From Selaginella moellendorffii (Eukaryota; Plantae; Lycopodiophyta), in NCBI RefSeq assembly GCF_000143415.4, contig NW_003314286.1, forward strand, positions 1,027,643-1,091,642: a stretch of 64,000 nucleotides of DNA, read 5' to 3'. Both the position numbers and the translations under genes were made by a program. Below, in pieces: positions 59,411 to 64,000 of the stretch; within the stretch, counting starts at the first letter, position 1, and every line of letters begins with the position of its first letter. A model generated the notes under the pieces. The model ran no database searches, was not told where the DNA came from, and was given only the letters and a program-made list of their open reading frames with translations.

Positions 59411-60592
59411 ATGAGAGACGTGTTGGTCAAGGACATCCACCATCTCCAAAATTACCCAATCTTTGGTTCACAGACATCACAGCAGGCTTTTGCTACGTTT
59501 GGGAGCGTGGGGGAGCTCATGGCCTTCTTGCGACAGCAGCACCCGCTCTGCCCACACGGCTGCGATAGCTCGGCACTCACCAAGTTTGACTACTTCGAAA
59601 ACCACATGCTGATCCAGCCGCGCTACAAGTGCACGGTGTGCAAACGGCACTTCACCCTGGGTGGCACAATACGAGCGAAACGAGCCAAGAAAGAAGATGG
59701 CGGTCGTCCAAGGAAGAGACCCAAGAAGGAGCAGCAGCAGAACAAGTCAAGGGGGCAGTGTCTTCCTCGCGAGATGTTGCCTTCGTCGACGATTCCATCG
59801 GCCGCAACCAGTGGGAGTCGCGGTTGTGCATCCCCGCGCAGGGCAAGTCGCGGAGCTTCGAGGAGAACGGCGAGGCCATCACCAAGCACTACAGGTCAAT
59901 GCCCTAGTCAACTCGTGGTCCGGGATCAGTCGTTGCCAGTCAACGCCTGTGACCTCGAGGGATACGTGCAAGACGAGGAGATCTTCCAGGAGGTTGAGAA
60001 ATTGTGGTGTAAAATGGATTTGGAGGACAAGGGTCCTTCTGTGGAGGACGAGGAGAAGAACTTTCTCAGGGATTTCAATGTCGATGATGGTGATGATCGA
60101 GATTTACTACTGGGTCTTGAGGAGTTCAGCGGGGAGGACGAGGAGAAGAACTTTCTCAGGGATTTCAATGTCGATGATGGTGATGATCGAGATTTACTAC
60201 TGGGTCTTGAGGAGTTCAGCGGGGAGGACGAGGAGAAGAACTTTCTCAGGGATTTCAATGTCGATGATGGTGATGATCTAGATTTACTACTGGGTCTTGA
60301 GGAGTTCAGCGGGGAGTTCAGCGACCCACAGGGTCAGGGTGCTCGATTCGATTTGGGCAAGAAGCAAAACAATTTTGCCATGGAGTTGGTGCAGCAAATG
60401 GAGGAAGATTTTCCCGTCCCAGTAGTAGATGAGGAGAATGATTTCGCCATGGAGTTGGAGCGGGAAATTGAGGAAGCATCTACGACAGCAAAGGAGCAAG
60501 CAATGCTTGTATGGAGAAACGAAGTGCGCAAAATTCGGAATCAAGACAATCTCACATTTGGTGTTGGAAGTGCCCAAACTCTTAAATGCTGA
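59411..60592 (+). CDS. Atypical Dof zinc-finger protein with acidic tandem repeats
   Basis: CPHGC..ALTKFDYFEN....QPRYKC.VCKRHFTLGGTIR versus Dof CPRC..TKFCYYNN....QPR.FC..CRRYWT.GG.LR. Basic NLS and acidic C-terminal half. Confidence 0.8.
   Translation: MRDVLVKDIHHLQNYPIFGSQTSQQAFATFGSVGELMAFLRQQHPLCPHGCDSSALTKFDYFENHMLIQPRYKCTVCKRHFTLGGTIRAKRAKKEDGGRPRKRPKKEQQQNKSRGQCLPREMLPSSTIPSAATSGSRGCASPRRASRGASRRTARPSPSTTGQCPSQLVVRDQSLPVNACDLEGYVQDEEIFQEVEKLWCKMDLEDKGPSVEDEEKNFLRDFNVDDGDDRDLLLGLEEFSGEDEEKNFLRDFNVDDGDDRDLLLGLEEFSGEDEEKNFLRDFNVDDGDDLDLLLGLEEFSGEFSDPQGQGARFDLGKKQNNFAMELVQQMEEDFPVPVVDEENDFAMELEREIEEASTTAKEQAMLVWRNEVRKIRNQDNLTFGVGSAQTLKC
60044..60313 (+). repeat. Three near-identical in-frame 90-bp tandem repeats (EDEEKNFLRDFNVDDGDDRDLLLGLEEFSG)
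   Basis: Directly visible; one substitution in copy 3. Confidence 0.98.
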
Positions 60593-60905
60593 TCGATCAG
60601 CAAAAAATGGATGATAAATGAAAAGCATTAGTGAATAGAAGTAATTTTGTTTTTGGAACAAGTTCATTAAGAGTTTTTCATGAAAAAAGACTCACCCATC
60701 CCTTGTGAAAGAAAGAAAAAAAGAAATTAGGGCGAATTAGGTCTCCATAAGGTCGTCCCCGGAGGCAGAGGAGCCGCGATGCTGTGATTGTCAACCGAGC
60801 AGGTATTCTGGTGGCACCAATCGCGCTCTCGCCGACAATGCAGCGATCGTCCTAGCGATCGATCGATCGATCGATCGCTCGCTCGCTCCGGAGAAGAGCA
60901 GAGAA

Positions 60906-62316
60906 ATGATCTGGGCAGGATTCGCGTACGCCGCGGGCGCCGCGATCGGCCACAGCTGCATCGATGCCAGCAGGAAATGGGCGTCCCAGCGCTTCTCGGA
61001 CCGCGAGCTCGTAGCTCTGGTGGCTCTCCTGGACGCGCTGCTCCTCTCCTCCATGGCGCTCCTCTCCGGCGGCTTCGATCTCTTCTCTTTGACGCGGCTG
61101 GACACCGAGTACGTCGCCGCGCTCCTCGTCACCGCGGCGATCAAGGCTCTGGTGGGGTTCATGTACCAGCGTGCTCTCCACGTCTCCCCTCTCTCGGTCA
61201 CTGTTCCTTATCTAGCTTTCACTCCAGTTCTTCTGGTTTTTACGAGCTATGTGATCATCAACGAGCTCCCGAGCTCGCAGGGGCTCATGGGAATCGTGGT
61301 GGTCACTCTCGGCGGCTACTTCCTCGCGCTTGATCACCCGGCGGAGGTGGAGGTGAAGAAATCCGACGAGCCCCCGGGCAAGATCGTCTCGATTCTTCCT
61401 TTGCTTCCTTGGAACTCGTCCAAGGCTTGTGACAAGGTCCCAAAGTTTTCCACCGATGGCGATGGTGTCGTGCTGGATCTCAGTGAGAAGAACTCCCCTC
61501 CGGTGGCGATTCCTGGAGGGAATTCTTCCTGGTGGCCACAGATTCAATGGTAAAGATTTCTCTCTTTTTTTCTTCGCTTTTCCTGTTCTAAAGTTTGCAA
61601 AAGGGAAGAGGGGACGCTTCTCATGCTGGGTGTTGCAGCGTTACTGAGCATAAGTAACAGGTTCGTTTTCTCGAGATTCATTTATGGCTTCTTAGCTCCA
61701 TTGTCTTTGCAGCCTTGACAAAATGGCTGGTCACTTGGCACCATCGCTTCTCAATTTTGCTGCTCTCCAACGAGGCTTTACGGCCGTTCCCGTGGTTTTA
61801 TATCTACTTGTCACAAGGTTGGCTTGTTTATCTCTCTCAGGTGATAGCTTAGCTGACTCCTGCGTTCTCTTTTACAGCCCAAAGTCGTTCTCGCTTTTGA
61901 TTCACTTCTTTCCAGTGCTGCTGGCCATCTCTCTGTTTGAGGTTGTAGCCTTCATTTGCTACCTCAAGAGCTTGGAGATCCTGCTCGTCTCGTACGCTGT
62001 TGCGGTAAGCAATCTCTTCAATCTTCTCTTCTCTTTTCTCCATTTCTTTGGTCTTTTCTCTCCTTTGTTTCTGGCTCAAGAAAAGCAAACCGGGGACTTT
62101 TCTAATGCGGACTTTGAGTGCAGGCTAAGCGCAGCAACGTGCTACTCTCAGTTTTGATAGGAAGAGTGATGTTCAAGGTAGGAAATGGTCGTCCTGCAGC
62201 GTTTGGAATTGTCTTCCTTTTGACTCGTTTGACGTCCTTTGCAGGAAAAGATATGGAGGCGATTGCCATTCATTTTGATGATGGTTGGCGGAATGACGCT
62301 CATTTTGCTGGCTTAA
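60906..62316 (+). CDS. EamA/DMT-family transporter (multi-exon)
   Basis: Two hydrophobic repeats, RAL.VSPLSVTVPYLAFTP, LVSYAVA.KR.NVLLSVLIG...FKE. Confidence 0.85.
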
Positions 62317-62453
62317 AGCGAATTTCGTTTGTTCCTCTGCGCTGGTAAACCCTAAACCTCGAACAAAAGGAGGAGGGCGAAGAAAATTCTTGTTAGTTTG
62401 AACTGTGGATATATCTTGTAAAAACTAGTCATTCTATTTTCTAGGGTTAGGTT

Positions 62454-62981
62454 ATGGGAGCACTGGGCTGGACAAGGGCGGATTTTCTTCCCCCTCTCCC
62501 TCCCTCGCCATGGCCATCGCCATCGCCATCGCGGCACAAGATTTCGCTCTTCTTGACAAATGGGAGAAATGCGCCCGCGAGGAGGACCCGCTTGTGCTCC
62601 CAGTCGTCATCCAAGCAGGAATCTGGCGCAGAGGAATCCGCGCGCATCGTGCCTCTTGATTTGCCGGTCCAGGAAGGATCCCAGGAATCCCAGGACTCCT
62701 CAGCGCAGGGCGAGCTTCGACAAGCTCGCGGGCAGCAGGAGCAGCAAGAAATTGGCGAAGCTCTGCGGGAGCTGAGAAAGCAGGCCGCGCCATCGCCAAG
62801 CTCGGTGGGATTTTGGGAGGGATTGGCGCAGGAGATTGGGATGATCGAGTGGCCAAATCCGGGCAAAGTGTTTGGGACCACGGTGGTAGTCCTTAGCATC
62901 ATCTTTGCTTCCTCAATCGTGCTGCTCACTGTAAATTTCCTCCTGGCTGAGCTCTCGGACGTAGTCTTCAAGACCCAATAG
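62454..62981 (+). CDS. SECE1: Plastid preprotein translocase subunit SecE (SECE1)
   Basis: Transit peptide, then FW.G.AQEI..IEWP..GKV.GTT.VVL.II..SS.VLLTVN.LLAELSD. Confidence 0.9.
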   Translation: MGALGWTRADFLPPLPPSPWPSPSPSRHKISLFLTNGRNAPARRTRLCSQSSSKQESGAEESARIVPLDLPVQEGSQESQDSSAQGELRQARGQQEQQEIGEALRELRKQAAPSPSSVGFWEGLAQEIGMIEWPNPGKVFGTTVVVLSIIFASSIVLLTVNFLLAELSDVVFKTQ

Positions 62982-63327
62982 AGATAACGCGCCAATGAGG
63001 TGGCACCGTGTGGCGCCTTTCATGCTGACACGGCTGCTGTGTCATCATCAATTTTGCCACCTTTTGGAAAAACAAAGCTTTGCCTCAAATTTTTCTTTTC
63101 GCAATTCTCACAGAAAATCCACAGTAAAAACCTGCGAGTGTACAATCTTGGAAAAACCGCGTTGTTTCTTTATATATGTATTTACGTATGTTGTTGAAAC
63201 TCTTCTTCTAGTAGGATTGTTGTTGGTCGATCGTTGTCTCGCTCTCCAAGAACCAAAAAAAAAAAAACACAAAATAATCCTCTTCTCAGGGGAAAAGGAG
63301 AAGAGAAAGCAATACCTCCACAGCGAT

Positions 63328-64000
63328 TCACTCGATATAAGATAGGATCGATCGTCGCTGATACTCTGGAGAGGTGGCAGCAGCGCTGTTGTGTCTGCCT
63401 CTGGATTGAGCTCGAGCTGCCGTGGCCGGGGCGCATCTGTCCATCGCCAGACACGCTTTTGTCCGCTTGAGCTGCTCGTAGCATCCCTTTCTATCCGCCA
63501 CCACACCACTGTTATTGTCCCTGTTGTTGTTTGTGGTGGTGTTCTTGGAGGACCCATCACTGGCACGAACAGCCGCTGCCCTGTCCGATCCCGGCCCCAG
63601 CAATCCTATCTCTCTGTCGTAAGGCGACAGCCACTTGGCGGAGACGTAGTCGAAGGTCCTCCATGGCGGCAGGTGCATCGCGTTCTGCTTGAGCGAGAAC
63701 TTGGCGGCGTCAGACATCACCTGTAAGACCTGGCGCAGCCTCCGAGGGGTGGCGACCAGGGGCGCGGGGAGAATCCTCACGGCCGCCCTGTAGCTCTGGA
63801 TCGGCCGGGCAATCTCGAAGTGCGACTGGAAGTCGAGGTCCACAATGAGGCGCTCCGGGGAGGAACCCGAGCCGGATGGCGGGGAGGTTTCGACGTCGAT
63901 GTACTCGTACTCGCCTGGAAAGATGGACCACGAAGAAGTTTGTGAGTTGCGAGTGACTTAAGTTGTGTGTGAGGTACCTACCTCCAGGAACTCGTCCCAC
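63328..64000 (-). CDS. DUF506 (PDDEXK-like) plant protein, 3' part; 5' end lies outside the window
   Basis: GEYEYIDV, RLIVDLDF.S.FEIARP, M..AAK.SLK...MHLPPWR...Y..AKWLSPY. Confidence 0.92.

Noticed and set aside
60854-60879. 26-bp palindrome AGC(GATC)5GCT
   Set aside because: Ordinary self-complementary microsatellite.

Overview
Plant nuclear DNA with very short (about 45-70 nt) introns, tiny intergenic spacers, intronless PLS-class PPR genes and abundant telo-boxes. This pattern fits a compact lycophyte genome such as Selaginella (inference). The first ~17 kb is mostly decayed Ty3/gypsy LTR-retrotransposon sequence (with a 100-N gap) around two genes, DUF1068 and SNAPc43. From 17 to 64 kb is a dense gene island: two BolA, an LRR-RLP, BUD32, ACX1, a three-gene snoRNA cluster (two box C/D with clear rRNA guides, one H/ACA), two HVA22, PDC, two PPR, tRNA-Arg(UCU), GDSL lipase, an orphan, ABC1K, an intronless mini-SIN3, a coiled-coil gene, RPS8, a RING-CH E3, a minimal USP, GHR, organellar RF1, OFP17-like, an atypical Dof, EamA, SECE1 and DUF506. 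The most interesting observations are: (1) operon-like tandem pairs, namely two PPR ORFs bridged by a canonical intron and BolA/BUD32 only 62 bp apart; (2) a candidate poison cassette exon in SNAPc43; (3) a candidate CUG-initiated organelle presequence on GHR; (4) an unassigned ~270-nt multi-helix element between RPS8 and the E3 gene; (5) the mini-SIN3; (6) an E3/deubiquitinase pair whose stop codons lie 16 bp apart. Family assignments come from motif recognition by eye and exon boundaries were read manually; no searches were run.
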